Notes: generated from the letters alone by a model not told the origin. Shown: positions 36,932-51,955, numbered from the whole stretch's first letter. The stretch: 61,530 nt of DNA, filler included, from Nemertoderma westbladi (GCA_032718475.1; 3 parts of 3 records of this genome joined end to end with filler, not necessarily neighbours in it), one strand, 5' to 3'. Numbers and translations are program-made.

Positions 36932-37676
36932 CACATCAAATGTTATTTCTCTTCAAAATTTATCTATTTAAATTTTTCAGACAATATAAAAAGCTATGAA
37001 TTTATAGATTGGTGTATATTTTTAGTATAACTGAATATTATACAATATACTTTATATTATTATAATGTACGACTATAATATTTTATATTTTTACAATATA
37101 TAATAATAATCACTCCTCCGTGACTCCAGGTAATGTGTGAAGGGTGCGGGGAGGCGTTTATGACTACCCACGCCATGAACTGCAAGTCAGGGAGCCTCAT
37201 CATAAAGCGGCATGATGAGGTGCGTTTGTGTTCGTTGTGAAAATTTTTAATTTACCATAATTATCATGAAATTTTCTCATTATTATAAAAAAAATATATA
37301 TAATAATAATTTGGATGCCATAAATATGCAGTATAATAAATGGCCAATCCCATTGGCCGCTAGATTACTTTTTAAAAACGTACAATAGATTAAGTATTAT
37401 TATCGCATTATTCGCATTTGATCGCAACATTATACCACTTAATTGACCACTGGCTGTAGGTAACCCAACATACATGTATGTAACTGTTTTTCTTCAACAG
37501 TAAAAACCGTAGGCCCATTTGTAGAATTTATCTGTCTCCGTACCGGTAAAGTCTATAATATTGTGCCCTAATTCCACCATTTCTGCCCTCAAAGGGCAAA
37601 GGCAAAAACCGCATTCTGAGATATCAAGCCACAAAGGTTTTTTGTATGAGTTTTTAGTACAGTATGCTGTAGCTAC

Positions 37677-38004
37677 ATTATAACATTGGAGGTGTCTCAT
37701 TGGTTCCCCCAAGCTTGACACTAGAACAAAATCGCCTCCGCTTTGCAGGACATTGCTTTCGCCGTGAGGACCAGCCAGTGCATAATCTTGTACTTTGGCA
37801 GCCTCATGGAGTGAATAAGCATGGTGGACAGCCCATGACTTTCTTGAGACGCATCTTAAAGGACACTGGCCTTAAAGATGCGGATGATCTAGCAAATGTC
37901 ATGGGTGATAGGGAGTTGTGGCGGTGCAATTTTGTTGACAAGCCGGCACAGCATTCTTAAAAATGCAGCTGCAATGCAGCATGCCGATCCTAGTAGTAGT
38001 AGTA
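37677..38004 (+). mobile_element. 5'-truncated RTE LINE (second subfamily)
   Basis: RLRFAGHCFRREDQPVHNLVLWQP, (TAG)n tail and 10-bp TSD CTGTAGCTAC (37667-37676, 38005-38014). Confidence 0.9.
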
Positions 38005-40379
38005 CTGTAGCTACGGCTACGGGTGTATTATATACAGTATCATTGGATAGAGCATACTCCTGTACTCTCCTGGATACATTTTTCTTATACTTTCCGTGCA
38101 CATCCATGGCTATAGAGCCAAACGCGGCCACTTTAACTCAGTTAAGTGTTTTTGCCTTATGCAGTACCCACTTTTAGCTAGGTAAATCTGTATTGGGTAA
38201 ATAATAAAGTTAAGTGATTTTACCTCTGTGAACCCACAATTAATTACGAGTTAGAGTTACGTGTTATACGTTATTACGTCATAACTACAGTAGTTAATTA
38301 CGTTCTTTTGACTTTGTAATTTGACTTAGGTGCTTTTGACTCAGTAATAACACATTTCGAAATAATCGATTTAGGTAAATTTCAAATAAAAATGTCAAAC
38401 AACCACCAATGAGAGTCATTGATATATCAGATGATAGCTTAGAAGTATGTGCTTCATTTTGCGCTATTAACTCAAAACTGCAAAATTTGGAGTTACTGTA
38501 TGTGCCTTTGCCTTTGGAGGACAGATTTGTTGCGAGATCCGATAACCGTCTATAGAGATTATTATTATATTATTATGTACAATAACAACCTAATTTCTCT
38601 TCAATAAAATCTCCGTTAACAATTTGGCTTTACTGCTTTATTCCATTCAGCAATACGTCGAAATTCAGATTAGGGAACCTCCGGTTTATGCCCGGTTATG
38701 CCCGGTTTATGCCCGGTTATGCCCGGTTTATGCCCGGTTATGCATACAGATGCGATCGTTGTTTAATAATGTTGGATTTTATGTTGGTTCACAACAGACC
38801 ATATCCGGTGGGAGGCGCAAAGTATAGCAGGACATAAAATAGTTTCTCGCAGATTTCCCTTTTATTATATTTAATAAAATACACTTAATTCCACAACATT
38901 AAAATATTAATACTAAAAACTTTCAAAATAATTGAACAAAAGAAACATTATCCCACCACCAGCTGCTTTTATTGCTATTGGTATTAACAATAACAATATA
39001 GGCCTACATAAAAATACCAGTATTACTAAAACTAAGCCTAACAGAGTCATGATGAGCAGTTCAAAACCGGGAGATGCAGGCAGGTGATTTAGTCGTCTAT
39101 GGGTACTGCGATGTGTCGGTGTCCGGGGTGCGCAGAACGCGCAACCCGCAGACACATTGAACCCGCGTGGAGTAGAATATTTGATAGAATATTAAACAAT
39201 CTGTATTTAAACAATGCAAATAAAATGTTCTCGGAAAATTCTCACAAATAATTTGCACACTAACTCATCAATACGATGGGTGAAATCACAAAACCCAGCA
39301 CCCCTGCCCTATTGACCCCACTCCCTTAGCCTTCGTGCATTTTCATGATATACTAAGAGATAAGAATTATGGATAAGTAATTCCATCCACGTACGCAACT
39401 CAACAGGCAAAGGAGAGAGGGCGTGTGGCAGCTATAATCTTTCACTCGCGTGTGTCAATATAACGTCTATGGAAATAGAGCACTTGGGTCCTAAAGGGAA
39501 CGAATATGGGGAGACCGAATTGGTAACTGACGGAGCAATAAATGGATGAATTCCTCTCAACTGCGGCCGATAAAATCATTGGAAGTTGAATTCTCTTTTC
39601 GAGTAGCACCCCAACATTGCTCTTCTCTTAGTTTATTCAAATTGTCTCTACTTAGAGGAGTTAATAAGTAGTAAAGTCACGTGCAGTTCGCTAATTAAAG
39701 TTCGAGCAACTCACTGCCTTCCGGGCATGTCTATGCATATCGGCAGAACATTGAACCAGACTAATAATAATAATTCCGATGTATTACCAAAACTACAGCT
39801 CTTGATGAATAACATTAGATATTATTGTTTTCAAAGGTAACAAAATGCACATATCGATAATATTGTTTGAAATGATAATTTTAGAATTTTCCGAGAAAAA
39901 TTGATGATGGAATAATATGTTCGAAGAGGGTTCATCTTCTTGTGTTTCGCTAAGTTTAGAATATTACCAAGCCATCATGTCAGCGAGCAATGATTTATCT
40001 AAAGGGCTATTTTGATGTCACCAAGATGAATTGCAGAGAGAGAGTGTTAATAAGCAGTTCCAAGCCTCCAGCTATGTCATCGAATTGCTATTAGTTTTTC
40101 ATCAACTGTAAATAAATATATGCAATATACTTGGCTTTATACTGGATGGGATATTTACCATCCATAACACTGTTTCCTGTGTATAATATGATAAAATACA
40201 AATAATTAATTACCTATCTAAACATTTTAGAGAACATCGCCACCTACTCGCATCAACAGTAGATACAGTAGAATCCCTACAACATTGAATTCCAAAGCAT
40301 TTCTGTATACACTTACTTATTATCTTCTTTTATTATCATATTTCTTCTTTATACACTTACACTTATTTTACTTTATGAC

Positions 40380-40566
40380 ACGTTGCGGGGCCTTCACGCA
40401 GCACGAGAGCCAAAACAAGCAATCCATGCAATCGACAATTGTGCATTAAAATGCTATGCCGGCTTATCGACAAAGTTGCGCGGCCACAACTCCATGCCTT
40501 CCGCAAGATCATCCGCATCTTCAAGACCAGTGTCCCTTAAGAGGCCTCTCAAGAAAGTCATGGGCT
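40380..40566 (-). mobile_element. RTE LINE 3' fragment (third variant)
   Basis: PMTFLRGLLRDTGLEDADDLAE matches the RTE C-terminus, followed by a different 3' UTR. Confidence 0.75.
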
Positions 40567-41829
40567 ATCCTCTCTCTCAGCATGGAGCATGGGTTTCCGA
40601 ACGCTTAACTTAATTAATTAATCACTTTAATAGTGATGTCTAGGAATATTGATGACATTCATAACATATCCCTTTTTATTTATTTGTGTGGAATTAAATT
40701 CGCACTGCCTACCCGCCAGGGCGACATATTTTCCAACTTTACATCGCATTGCGACATTATTTCTCAGTATGTCCCTACGCCATACATTTACTATGAATTT
40801 CCAGTTTACATCCAGATGTCACGCGTCAATATTAGGTTGTTCTAGAACGTTTAAGTGCATAATTACAAATAATTCCCCACAAATAAATAAAATTAGATTC
40901 GTCATTGTTCATAATTAGCACTTTATAATTATTTATTACATGGTAAATAATGTAGAACATTATTTTCACTATACTCGAGATATTTTATTTACCGAGCGTA
41001 GCGAGGTTAATACAGAATTTCATTTTATTCAAAATCACTCGTGCCGTAACGCTATAAATAAAGTGTAATTTTATGAACAATGACGTATATAGTTATTATT
41101 CAACTAATATATTTATTAAACAATGGAATAATTAAATAAATATTCTAATTTTTTAACGACCTAAATACTATAACAAAAATAACAATACATCAATCTAATC
41201 TTAATTAGGGTTTGGGCCGCCACTAAAGTAAATATAACAAATTAGTAATTATTTTCCCCTGGAGAGGGATGACTTTTTATTGCATCGAAAAGTCCCCCCC
41301 CCCCCCCCCCCCCCACCTGTCCCTGTCCCTATTATATCAGTCAATACTGCAATAGGTACCAAAGTCTTTCTGTACCACGTGGGCGACGTACCGGTATCCG
41401 CCTACCGTTATGGGTACGGTTCAACGCCCTTCCTCAAATTACGCCGCAGAGATTTGGCAGTTTGGGGCGAACATAAACATGAGCACAAGTTAATGTGTGG
41501 CAGTGCAGCTGTTCCACCCGAGCAGCAGCCGGAAGCTCGGAGCAGTGTCAAGGGCAACATGTCAAGGGCAACGTGGCTGGACACCGGGTGATGGCAGAGA
41601 GAGTAACTTTAAAAATACTTTCGCATTGGCAGCTTGGAATCGATGTCATAGAAGTCCACAGCCAAACTACTCAAAAAGTTCCATGCATTCTCTAGTCCTC
41701 GCTCCTCGGTTAGTCCAGTTTGCCTGTCTGCCTGTAGCGCTAGCGCATTACAGCAGTAGCGATACACCAAAACGCAAAAGTCGAGGTCGCCATCAGCGAA
41801 AATTTTTAGGACAAACCCTCTTTTTAAGC

Positions 41830-42051
41830 ATAGGCCCTACCCTACTGGCTGACTGGTATAATTTCAAGTACCGGTAGAGTGGATATGTTGCCAGTGCATT
41901 TTCCTACTTCAGTACTTCCAGACTTCACATGACACATGACATCCATTTCCGCGCCAGGATCCTCAATGCGCGCCACACGACCCTGTTGTTACGCGCCAGG
42001 ATCCTTAATGCGCGCCACACATGTTGAGCAAACTCTACATAAATTCCAACC
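41830..42051 (+). mobile_element. Partial copy of the 8-bp-TSD non-autonomous element
   Basis: CGCGCCAGGATCCT.AATGCGCGCCACAC repeats and terminal GAGCAAACTCTACATAAATTCCAAC. Confidence 0.8.
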
Positions 42052-42776
42052 AGTGACAACAAGCCTAAACAGCTAGGCCTACCGGTACCGCGGTACCAAG
42101 TACAGCAACAGCAGTGAGCAGTACGGTACCGGTATATATCCTGCAGTCTCCTAGCGACCAGCTAATAATTTTGGATAAATAATTATTTATAACTGCAACA
42201 CAGTTTCACAGGTGCTGCACGAAGACCCCACGCAAATTCAACTTAAAAATTCGAAACTTTTGCCAGATTACATGTGTACCAAGTTTGGATGGATTTCATC
42301 GATATTTGGCTGAGTTATTAACGTTTAAAGTTGAAAACAACAGAACGACAGACACACCGACTGAGTTAGTGGTACCTGTATTTACATAAGCTCAAGCTCG
42401 CTTACTTTCGTGGCTCGCCCCACAAATCTTATTAATTTTAGTACCGCACCTTTTGGAGACATATGAGTGTACATTCATACCTGGCAATGAAATCTCGCAA
42501 TGAAAACATTTCCAAATTAATTCATTTACGCCTCTAGCGATAGCCATTTGAAGTCGTCGATCAAAAGGCGCACAATTTACAGTTATCTATCCGAATCCGA
42601 TAAATGATTGACCACGAATGGCAGACTCATTTGGAGTCCACTAACTACAGTACCTCCAAAACTTTGGTCTAGTTTACCCTTACTGTGCTTTAACTGAGGC
42701 TAATAACAAAATGTGAAACAATTGAAAATTAAATATACGAATGAACGACAAAAACAGACCGACAGACACCATGTTA

Positions 42777-42876
42777 NNNNNNNNNNNNNNNNNNNNNNNN
42801 NNNNNNNNNNNNNNNNNNNNTTAATTAATTAANNNNNNNNNNNNNNNNNNNNNNNNNNNNNNNNNNNNNNNNNNNN
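42777..42876. other. Artificial contig linker
   Basis: 44 N + TTAATTAATTAA + 44 N. Confidence 0.97.
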
Positions 42877-43018
42877 AGAGTTCCAGGTAGGGGGGTCGCT
42901 CTATTTTCCATTGGTGTCCTCTTGTTCTCGAATAGTGATAGTCGAATTAGTAGCAAAATGGAAGTAAACGGGACTGGTCAGCCTCAGCTGGTTACAGGGT
43001 TACCTACGAATAGTCAGA

Positions 43019-44097
43019 CCTATATGGAATATTGACAAAAAGCGCGCCACACGGGTTCTGGTTAAACGAAAACCGCGCCAGCCATGACATTCAATGCGCG
43101 CCAACCATTGACAGATTGACCATGAAATTTTGCAATTATTGTAATCATATACCATGTAATCATTATACTGCAGTACCTAGACCTACCTGCCCACTCCTAC
43201 AGTATTTTAACATGGAAATGCGAGCGTAGCGAGCAAGAAAATTATGGAGAAATGTTGTTAAGATTAATACAGTAACTGTAATATTCAGATAGTAGGTCAG
43301 CCGACTGTTTTTAAATACAGATGTGATTAAATTGCGAGCGTCAGAGCGTAGCGAGCAAGGAAATTTTAACATTTTTGGTAGGTCAAGCGACTGTTTTTTT
43401 TACCTACAGATGTGATTATGAATTAAATCAGAGTGTAGCGAGCATGGAAAGTCTGCTGAATCGTGGTTTTAGGCTATATTGGTGTGAACAATTGAAAAAC
43501 CTTTCAATCAACTCATTATTAAACTTTGATTTATTAAACACATAAAACTTTAGCCTGATATTGGCCATGATGATTAAAGTGGATTGGATATGGGATATGG
43601 TACCTTCAACAATGTCAATCTGTCGGTTTGTCCATAACAGCATAATGTGGGTGATAAAATATCACTGTAATCAAATATCCCTATTATTACAGTTATTCTG
43701 TTATTTGAATGATGAATAAAGTCAATAAGACAGTAAGAGTAGGGCGTATTACAGTAGGTATACATATAATACACAAACCCGAGCGAAGCGAGCGAAAATT
43801 TTTAAGGCTAGGCCTAACTCTTTTTAAAAATAGGCTCTACCAGTCTACTGGCTGACTGGTAGAATTTCAATACCGAAGTAGAGTGGCTGGACATCTTGCC
43901 AGTCAGCCAGTGTGCAGTGCATTTTGCTAACTGTACATGACATCCATTTCCGCGCCAGGATCCTCAATGCGCGCCACACGCCCCTGTTCCTTCGCGCCAG
44001 GATCCTGAATGCGCGCCACACGCCCCTGTTCCTTTGCGCCAGGATCCTAAATGCGCGCCACACATGTTGAGCAAACTCTACATAAATTCCAACCTGG
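43019..44097 (+). mobile_element. Non-autonomous DNA element with 8-bp TSD
   Basis: Ends CCTATATGGAAT...ATTCCAACCTGG. TSD TAGTCAGA at 43011-43018 and 44098-44105. Confidence 0.88.
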
Positions 44098-46614
44098 TAG
44101 TCAGAGAGGGGACCCTCCTGAATGCAGAAAGCTTTCTGCATTTGTTTTTGCAATATTCTGCTCTTTTGTTTTTTCAAATCGTTTAGGGCCTAGGCTATCA
44201 GGCTATTGCTATATCTGTATATTGTTTTGCTTCCTTCTGGCTGTCTGGCTGGCCTGGCTACCGGTACCGGTACCACTGCAACGCTCCTTTACTACACAAG
44301 TACTATACATTTTTTTATCTGTAGCCTGTAGGCCTACTATAAATTTTTTTGTGATTTGGTCTGATTATTGCCATTTAACGTTGCTTCGGGCCTTACAGCC
44401 TTACTGCCTTATCGCAATATGTCAGAAATTCCGCTAAATTTCTTAGATTATGACTTAGGGCAGTAGGGTTAGGGTTACCAGTTACATGACAGTATTACAG
44501 TTCTTATTATGGTCAATGGTTGCAGTGCAGGTTGAGGGTGAGGCCTACACCTGACCAACTACCCCTAACTAAAATAATAAACCAAACCATCTTTACAGGA
44601 ATAAATGGTTATGATAGGCTATGATGAGAGTACTGCAGCGCTCTGAACCAAGGTGGAACAAGTGTCAGATACCGTCAGATCAGATCAGATAAGGACAGAC
44701 GTTTTAGCCATCCTATTCTATAGGCCTACATTTCAGTGAGTGTAATAATGTTACATCAATCAGCCTGTCTCTGTCGGCTACCGTAGAGGGGGGCTACATT
44801 GATAGGTTTTGAGCATATATCAGTATATGGCTAAGCCAAAATGATACAATTACAGATACCTATATAGTATGGAGCTCATCTGGACTGGAAATATATAATG
44901 GTGAATATTATTATGTCCCAAGCACTAGAAATAGTGCTTTGTTTGGGATGTTTTTTAAAACACCTTTCCTATCAACTTAGCCCCGCAGGTCGGGGCTACT
45001 TTGATACCACTTCAGAATCACTTATAAATCAAACTAGCCCATTATATGGGGTTTCTTTGATATCCCTGAAAGTTTAAAAAAAAAATAAGTTGGGACATAG
45101 TCCCAAAAAAAGTGATCAAATCTACGTAAAAAACACCAAAAAAACACTTGATATTCTATAAAATTGCAATTAGCACAACACCAAAACATGTTAATAAGTA
45201 GTATTAATAATTTTAATAACAACACAATTGTAAAAGCTTCTGTGGGATATAACTGGCCCTTTTGCTTTGCAATCCAGTTTCCCCCCAGACGCTGGAATAC
45301 TCTAAAAAGCTCTCTAACTCGAATGATGCAAAGCGACCGGCTGATTGGCTGATTTGTTATACGAGGGGCTCTTTGCTATGTTCTATCGGCCAACCAGAGC
45401 TATAGCAGCAGAGTATGCAACCAAGGCAACCGAGCGGAGTGACTCATTTTGTGTGTTGGCCAAGGGCTGCAAAAATCCTGATAGTTCGGCATTTAGATAT
45501 TCGTGGAACCTGTGGAATCTGGGGTTCTGCCAATGAGAGCTATTCCTCTCTGTGTAAAAAGATACCTGCAACGGTGTTAGAGTCAGAGAGTTCTTGTTGC
45601 TGTTGTGTTGTTTCTATCTAGGCCAGGAACACCGGCTCTAGAGTCAATTCGTTTCAGACTTTAGAAGAAACATTAGTAGGCTTAAGATTATAGAGCGTAT
45701 AACTGTTATCAGTTCATATCAATCATAACATATCAATCTTGTCATATCATATCTTAACCTACCGTCTTAATGCTTTTTACTGTTGTCATATTTTGTATCA
45801 GTTGGTTGAATATTATTTGGAGAACATTTATAAAGAACCCAAATTTCCCAATTTTCTTGATACACTACAGGTTAGAGAGACAGGTTACATATAGCGATTG
45901 CGACTTATATTATTGTGGTTTGTAGTGAATTTAATGCTATTTGATAAGCACTACATGAGTCAGTTGCTGTTCTCTTTATATATGATAAAATTCATTGACG
46001 GTCGGCAAATTAGTGAGCAGTATTGTGTGTTACCGGTAGTGTGCATGATTGTGACTGATAACTAAGCATTTCCTAAAGAATGCGCCTCATACGTGAATCA
46101 TAAGCCTTACCGACTTACCGTTGTGTTTAGTACAAGTCATATCTCTGTTTACCTAGATAGAGCGCCACGTCCTAAAGGAACTGTTAATATTTCCCGAAAG
46201 TGAATAATATTAGTCAGAAATTATTTATTAACGATCAATCGAATAATACAGTAAGCTTACACTGCAATAACAATCTAAGCCCTCAGAATCCAGTCTCCCG
46301 GGTATATCCAGCGGGTGAATGGACGCGCACTAGGCTGGCTTCTGCTAATGTTGTGTTTATTGGTATTAAATATTTGTCAATTTCTAAAGTCTATTTATAA
46401 ACCAAAAGACATATAAATTTTGGCAGGTTAAACTGCTAAAGGTCTTCAAAAGCGCGTACAACAATAATGGTTCACAATAACAAAACAAACACTTAAAAAT
46501 GGTTAAAAATTAAAAACACAAATCAAAACTATTAAAACAATTAAAAAAAACACTTAAACTGTGAAAGAATACAACACTTTAAAAAATATTTAAAAGAATA
46601 AACAGGTGAAGTTT

Positions 46615-47345
46615 CTATTCTTCAATTACAATAGAAGCAGAATCGTTCTCTATTTCTATCTCTAAGTCTCTCATGATTATATCCCCATAGTTATCCTCAT
46701 CCCCAATGTAATTATCCAATGACTCATCTCCAATGTCATCACAATACTCAGCAGTGTTATCACTGTAGTCATCTTCCTCATCCGAATTGTCACAATCTCT
46801 CATCTCTAACTCACTGTCAATACCATTGTCAGTATCACTATCTTCAGAATTATCCAGTACTTCAGCAAGGTCATTAGGATAATCACTTCCAATGTCAATC
46901 AGTTGTTCAATGTTAATTTCATAATTCTTACTGCCATTTCAAAACCACTTCTCCTTGTTACTATATTCGGATTCTTCCACACAGTCTCCACAGAACCACA
47001 TATTGCATCCGTCGCATTGCACCCACTGCTTCCTTGTATTCTTTCTATAACCCTTTGCACATTGCTTGCATTTATTGCTTTCCTTCTTTCTTATCTTTTC
47101 TTGTTTTTTGGCTAGCAGCTGGGTTGTTGACATAGCCATCCCAAGCGTTGTTGGACCATCTTGCCCACCAACAGCGGTGTTACAATCTCCTTGGGGGAGT
47201 TCCATAACAGCTGCACTCAAACATACATTTAGATCATCATCATCTTGAGGGATATCCTTAAGTACTTGTCTCCGATCCACAGGATATAACCCAGTCTGCC
47301 AGTTGTTTTAAATCCTGCCTCTAGATTCTTGCTCCGTACAGTATT
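46615..47345 (-). pseudogene. pogo-like transposase C-terminal remnant with PHD-type finger and acidic tail
   Basis: NLEAGFKTTG...YPVDRRQVLKDIP, then CKQC...WVQCDGCNMWFCGDC and a D/E-rich tail. The DDE core is absent. Confidence 0.65.
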
Positions 47346-47486
47346 TGTGTCAAATATCAAAGAAGCCCCAGTGAAATCAAAGTAACCCCAGGGTATCAAA
47401 GTCAGAAAGTAGATCAAAGAAAGATCTCTTATTTAATCCTGGTCAGTTTCCAGACTAACAATATCAATCAGGGCTATTGGCTGTCC

Positions 47487-48160
47487 ACCTGGGCGCGGGC
47501 CACATTTTTTTTTTTTTTTTTTTCTCTCTTTGGGGCTACATGAATAATACCCGGGCGCGGGGCCACATTTTTTCCTCTCTTTGGGGTTACATGAATAATA
47601 CCCGGGCGCGGGGCCACGTTTTCCTCTCTTTGAGGTTACATGAACAATACCCGGGCGCGGGGCTACGTTTTCCTCTCTTTGAGGTTACATGAACAATACC
47701 CGGGCACGGGGCCATGTTTTCCTCTCTTTGAGGTTACATGTATAATACCCGGGCGCAGGGCCACGTTTTCCTCTCTTTGAGGTTAAACGAACATTACCCG
47801 GGCGCGGGGCCACGTTTTCCTCTCTTTGAGGTTACATGTATAATACCCGGGCGCGGGGCCATGTTTTCCTCTCTTTGCAGTTACATGTATAATACCCGGG
47901 CGCGGGGCCACGTTTTCCTCTCTTTGAGGTTACATGAACAATACCCGGGCACGGGGCCATGTTTTCCTCTCTTTGAGGTTACATGTATATTACCCGGGCG
48001 CGGGGCCAAGTTTTCCTCTCTTTGAGGTTACAAGAATATTAACCGGGCGCGGGGCCACGTTTTCTCTCTTTGAGGTTACATGTATAATACCCGGGTGCGG
48101 GGCCACGTTTTCCTCTCTTTGAGGTTACATGAACAATACCCAGGCACGGGGCCATGTTTT
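47487..48160. repeat. 49-bp minisatellite, ~13 units
   Basis: Unit CCCGGGCGCGGGGCCACGTTTTCCTCTCTTTGAGGTTACATGAACAATA. Confidence 0.95.
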
Positions 48161-49134
48161 AAACTTTAACCCTTTAATTTAATTTAATTATATTACAAAT
48201 TCGTCTACTAAAATATTTGCTGTTTAAATCTCCATCTATTAAAATAACTCGTTGTCATTCGCCAAATTAAATTTATGTATTACTAAATACAATTATATAT
48301 ATAGACCTACAGTATAAACAAAAAAATGTTAAAAAATCGCAGTCTGCCCCGACTAATTACCATAAATCTATTGCTAAATTAGCACTCCTAATACATAGTC
48401 CCTATCCTTCCTATTCTTATCTATCTACTTTCTACTCTACCTTACCTACATTATCTATCTATCTATATGCCATCTTCTTCTTCACCTCTTTATTCTGCAT
48501 CTGCAACACCCTACAGTATAATATTACTTCAAACCACTACTTACTACATCCATTCTATCAAATGTTACATATATTTACATTTTATATAATCCTATCCTCC
48601 TGGTGGGCAGCCGTTTACTAGCCCTGCTATTTGGCTGTTCTCCAGTACCCATTTATATAGAACTTACCATATATAGTATGTATTCATGTTAATTTCTATT
48701 TTACACTGAGTTATTGTTATTTTGAATTATTATTTGAAGGGTAAAATAAACATTGAAACAAACATAGCCCCCTTCTACGGTAAGGCACAGCGGTTTAATA
48801 TCAGAATACGGTCAGACGGTACCAACATGGCCATGGTAACAACTGGCTGATTGGCAACTGACCAATACCGCCACCGGCAACCGGTGTAACATGGACAGCA
48901 GGAGGGGTCCTACAGTCAGGGTCGTACTGTCGTAATGTCGTATTAACGGCGGGACTTTTGGGGCTACAGCCCCGGGCCCCGTGAAGGTTTGGCAGTTTGG
49001 GGCCCCCCCAGAAAAAGTAATGGTCCCTCCTTACAGCCTTACATTAAAAAAAAAAATTTTTAGAACCACGTTCAGCGTTCACCCACATTCAGACATTAAA
49101 ACTAAAACATACACGGAATATCGTACCCCTGTAC

Positions 49135-50597
49135 CCAGGTTGGAATTTATGTAGAGTTTGCTCAACATGTGTGGCACGCATTACCATAAGGATCCTGGCG
49201 CGGAGCAACAGGATCGTGTGGCGCGCATTGAGGATCCTGGCGCGCATATGGACAGATGGATGTCATGTAACATGCGACGGGATCAGAGATCCCGACCGGG
49301 TTAGATATGTACGCGTCACCGTTCTGCTGGGCAGTCGTGCTAGTTCGCTTTGGCCGAAGGCCGTTAGGGAAAACAATAAGAGTTTCTGTTGTTTCTCAAT
49401 ATTGGTAATCCGACGATAATAGCACAATCAGTCAATCGGTTATAACACAGATGTAATAGCAGAAAAATACACAGATTAATTGCTGATGTTAGTAGCGGTG
49501 ACGGTCATTAACTATGACCGGTCTGCAACTGAGTAACTGAATCAACTGACCGGTAAATCAGTAATGTAGGATAATATATGATTAACACACATGAATATTG
49601 ATTTCACCTCTTACTGTACTTTGGCCCTCTGTACCTTTCCTATCTCTAACTCTAATCACGTGCTTCCCTCCCCGCTATTGGCTAATATACTAATTGTCAC
49701 TGGCACTCCCTGTGAGTGTTTCCCCCCGCTGCTAGCCTCTATTAGCTGTTCTCTCTCCGAGGTGGTTTGACCTCTCACCTCTCTTTGTGGCTTTGGGGCT
49801 TGCGTCCCCCCCCCCCCCCCCCCCAATGTTGGTTATGAGACGAGATTAATATTGGTAATCTCGTATCCCCAACTTATTGGTAAAATCCCACTGGTCCCAT
49901 TTTCTGGTGGGTAATGAAGTGGAATTGAATCCGCTTACATAACATTAGAGGCTAGCAATGCACTGGCAGGCAACATATCCACTCTACTTGAAATTATATC
50001 AGTATGTGTAAAAATAGTTAAATATATCCTACTCATATCAGTCATATCATATCCATTATTTCAATATCCCCTAACAGTCTGACAGTTGTTAACATTAACT
50101 GTTGTTTCAATTGTTCAAACCAATATAAAACCACATTATCATGCTCGCTACGCTCTCAATTTAATCCATAATCACATTCTGTATTTAAAAACAGTTGGTT
50201 GGCTTACTATAAATATTACCATTTTCTTGCTCGCTACGCTCGTAATTTAATCAGTTTAATCACGCACATCGGCACATCTGTATTTAAAAACAGTCGGTTG
50301 ACCTACTATCTGAGTAATACTGTATTAATCTTAATATTTCTGCAAAATTTCTTTGCTCACTACGCTCGCCTTTTAATATTTTAATACTGTAGGTCTGCTG
50401 CAGTATAAACTGATAAATTATTACGATATACAGATATACAATATAATACAGTCAGACAGTACGGTACCTAATAATTGCAAAATTTCTTGGTGAATGGTTG
50501 GCGCGCATTGCAGCATTGAATTTGAATGTCGTGGCTGGCGCGCTTTTCGTTTTACCAGAACCCATGTGGCGCGCTTTTTGTCAATATTCCATATAGG
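49135..50597 (-). mobile_element. Copy of the 8-bp-TSD element family, interrupted by a solo LTR
   Basis: Both termini are present in reverse orientation, but the flanks do not match as a TSD. Confidence 0.82.
49273..49939 (-). repeat. Solo LTR (667 bp) of the 4931-16190 family
   Basis: TG...CA ends, 5-bp TSD TAACA (49268-49272, 49940-49944), collinear with the split LTR. Confidence 0.92.
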
Positions 50598-51549
50598 AGG
50601 TAGGTCTAAACAAATGCGAAATTCACATTCCAAATTCTACTACCTGACTACTGAAAATACACCATATCATATACCTCTCCAATTTCTCACTGTAAATTGG
50701 AAATCTGGAAATTTATTGAAGCTTATGAAATTACCTTTCATATAAATCAAAAATTGCAAAAAAAACTGTTAAGAAATGGCGGAGAAGTAATATTTTGCGC
50801 GTGAAAAAATGTCATTCAGAGATAAATGCCTGAAGTTTAACCCTTCCCACGCAAAATTGCCTGTATGGGGTCTGGTTGGTTAGTAGAGTCTGACAGGAAG
50901 GAAGTACACCACCGAGCAAAAATTATATTCACTGCTGCACTGGGGTATTCAGGGTCGCTGATTTAATTTTCGAAGGTAGTTTTAATATTTGATGGAATCT
51001 AGTCTGTCCGTCGGTCGGTTGTCTGTCTATGTCTTACATTTTGACATTCACATTGCAGGATTGCCAGACAGATATTCCACGATAATTCGAGAAATAAAAA
51101 ATATCTCTCTAAGCAGTTTTTAGATTTGTAATCCCCATTAAATTCTGATCTAGATGCAATAAAAAACAATTCTAAAATTTGTGATCATTATATGCAAACA
51201 CACACCCCCCCCCCCCCCCCCCCTAAAAATTTAAGGGGGCCCAAAATTTAGGGTAGGACTAAAAACCCAAACGGTGGAATACGGAGTTATATCGGACTCA
51301 TTCATATCACAACGGTGTGGCGAAAAGATCTGGAAATACAATTTACGAAGATTGTGAAGAAAAACGGAAAGAAAATATTTGACTTAAATGCTTAATTAAT
51401 TAATTAAGTAAAACCTGCATTGATGTTCTGCATGCCTAGATGTGCTGATATAGGATGGTACCGGTACAAAGTACTTTCAGTTTTTCAGTATAACTCCATA
51501 AATCTGTGTGTGGGTACTGTTTGTGTCAGTTCCAATATTTCGATGATAA

Positions 51550-51955
51550 AATCGTCACAACGGAGTTTATAGTTGCCACAACGGGGGAAACAATCGCCAC
51601 AACAGATGTTATAGTTGCCACAACGCAGAAACAATCGTCACAACATATGATATAGTTGCCACAACGGGGGACACAATCGCCACAACAGATGTTATAGTTG
51701 CCACAACGGGGGAAACAATTGTCACAACGGATGCTATAGTTGCCACAACCTGACAACGAAGGAAACAATCGCCACTACGGAGGTTATAGTTGCCACAACG
51801 GGGGAAACAATCGCCACAACATATGCTATAGTTGCCACAACGGGGGAAACAAGCGCCACAACAAATGCTATAGTTGCCACAACGGGGGAAATAATCGTCA
51901 CAACAGATGATATAGTTGCCAGAACGGGGGACACAATCCCCACTACGGAAGTTAT
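51550..51955. repeat. 42-bp minisatellite, ~9-10 units
   Basis: Unit GTTATAGTTGCCACAACGGGGGAAACAATCGCCACAACAGAT. Confidence 0.92.

Larger units (their letters stand above)
44781..48780 (-). mobile_element. Degenerate pogo/Tc1-mariner-type DNA transposon with nested repeats
   Basis: TIR CCGTAGA(G/A)GGGGGCTA at both ends, TA on both flanks and an internal transposase C-terminal remnant. Confidence 0.8.
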
